NCBI GenBank assembly: GCA_013416795.1
Contig: RQSC01000750.1
Span: 70,888 to 123,263, forward strand
Direction: 5' to 3'
Source: Prasinococcaceae sp. CCMP 1430
Lineage: Eukaryota > Plantae > Prasinodermophyta
Length of the DNA: 52,376 bases
Shown here in pieces: positions 51,198 to 52,376 of this stretch. A program made the translations under genes and the position numbers. How positions within the stretch are numbered: position 1 is the first letter of the stretch; each line of letters starts with the position of its first letter. The notes under the pieces were generated by a model. The model worked only from the letters and a program-made list of their open reading frames with translations, had not been told where the DNA came from and did no database searches.

Positions 51198-52376
51198 TCA
51201 GTCGACCAGCATGCTCCAGGGGCTCTCAACCTCGCCGTATTGGATGGCCTCGATGGCTTGCTTGAGCCTCGTGCCGATGCTGTCCTCGGGCGCGACCTCG
51301 GGCATTGCCCACCGCTCGCCGCTCTCCCGGACGAGCGCATGGACGGGGATGATGACCGCCGCCGTCCCGCTGCCGAAGGTTTCCATGATTCTGCCCTCTC
51401 GCTGCGCCTGTTCGAGCTCAACAACGGACAGCTGCCGCTCGGACACCTCGAACTCGCCCCACTGGCGCGCGAGGCTCAGGATCGAGTCGCGGGTCACGCC
51501 AGGTAGGATGGTGCCGTCGAGCGGAGCGGTCACGAGCTCCTTGCCGCCCTTGGCCCTGCCGTTCTCCAAGAGGAAGAAAACATTCATCGCGCCGCCCTCG
51601 CTGACGTTGCCGCGGTACGCGTACAGGCACTGGTCGGCACCGAACTGCGCAGCGCGCTTCTGCGGCGAAATCGTAGGCGCGTAATTGCCCGCGAGTTTGT
51701 ACGCGCCCGCGCCGCCAACAGCCGCTCGCACGTTGGTCTCGTCGATCAGCAGCGAGACCGCGCTGCGCCCCTTCGGAAAGTATGGCCCCACCGGGCTCAG
51801 CAGCACCATGAGTCGCGTGTCGGACGACGGCCCGACGCCCAGGAACGGCGTGGAGCCGAAGATGAAAGGGCGCAGGTACAGCGAGTAGCCCCGCGCGTTT
51901 GGGATCCATGCGTCATCGACGCGCAGCAGCTCGCGGATGCACTCGAGCAGCTCGTCCTCGCCGAATGCAGGCAGTGCGAGGCGGGCAGCGGAGCGCGCGA
52001 GGCGGGCCATGTTCATCTGTGGCCTGAAGAGGCGCGCGCGCCCCTGCGCGTCCTTGTACGCCTTCATGCCCTCGAAGCACGAGATCCCGTACTGCAGAAC
52101 CGTCGAGCCGGGGTGGAGCGTGATGTCCTGGAGCGGCGAGATTGTCGGGGCTCCCCAGCCCTCGCCTTGGTGGTGCTCGGCGTGCAGATAGTGATCACTG
52201 AATGTCCTCCCGAACTGGAGCGACTCCAGCGGCGGCAGCGACCCGCGCTGCTCCTTGGCCTCCACGCGCAGCGCCGCCGGGTCGAGCAGCTCGCTCCCTG
52301 CCGCTGCGGCGCACTCCGCCTCGAGCGGCAAGGACGAGAAGCACCGCCGCGCGGCGGCGGCGCCGCCGACCGCCGC
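51198..52376 (-). CDS. BCAT: Branched-chain amino acid aminotransferase (class IV PLP), 5' end beyond the window; the N-terminus looks like a mitochondrial presequence (ARRCFSS)
   Basis: FGRTFSDH; CFEGMKAY; RLFRPQMNMARL; SLYLRP; SPVGPYF; YKLAGNYAP (PLP Lys); EGGAMN; ILPGVTRDSIL; ETFGSGTAA. TGTAA at 50982-50986 (minus). Confidence 0.95.
   Translation of the reverse strand, partial: AAVGGAAAARRCFSSLPLEAECAAAAGSELLDPAALRVEAKEQRGSLPPLESLQFGRTFSDHYLHAEHHQGEGWGAPTISPLQDITLHPGSTVLQYGISCFEGMKAYKDAQGRARLFRPQMNMARLARSAARLALPAFGEDELLECIRELLRVDDAWIPNARGYSLYLRPFIFGSTPFLGVGPSSDTRLMVLLSPVGPYFPKGRSAVSLLIDETNVRAAVGGAGAYKLAGNYAPTISPQKRAAQFGADQCLYAYRGNVSEGGAMNVFFLLENGRAKGGKELVTAPLDGTILPGVTRDSILSLARQWGEFEVSERQLSVVELEQAQREGRIMETFGSGTAAVIIPVHALVRESGERWAMPEVAPEDSIGTRLKQAIEAIQYGEVESPWSMLVD

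Noticed and set aside
1-52376. CRISPR arrays, transposons, rRNA genes
   Set aside because: No regularly spaced repeats, transposase/RT domains, TIR/LTR pairs or rRNA sequence detected by eye.

Overview
Gene-dense, very GC-rich, intron-containing eukaryotic nuclear DNA, most likely a green alga. The basis is plant-type RAD52, RUS, BolA4, PICKLE and EPL1 genes, GT(A/G)CG donors with CTRAC branch points, and TGTAA poly(A) signals behind many stops; a prasinophyte-grade host is inference only. It is a draft assembly with two N-gaps and a single N that truncates RRN3. About 24 protein genes were identified by eye from motifs, without database searches: RRN3 (3' part), RAD52-like, an alpha2delta/VWA-Cache receptor, CCDC15-like, ankyrin-signal peptidase, RPL5, RUS+BolA4, PNO1, ICT1/ArfB, APC11, a Tweety-like membrane protein, a giant ankyrin + PD-(D/E)XK protein, GNAT, a zf-4CXXC-like protein, CHD3/PICKLE, tandem SpoVS, EPL1, CCDC59/Fyv7-like, BCAT and several hypotheticals. 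Most unusual: (1) a lone in-frame UGA splitting the dCache amino-acid-sensor pocket of the alpha2delta-like gene; (2) a stop-less RUS-BolA4 polyprotein whose 1.24 kb intron hosts an intact antisense PNO1 gene; (3) a similar stop-less Tweety-like/APC11 junction; (4) a 1500 aa ankyrin-nuclease; (5) a bacterial P-loop kinase relic antisense across the start of an algal gene. Assembly artefact is a live alternative for the fusions and the relic.
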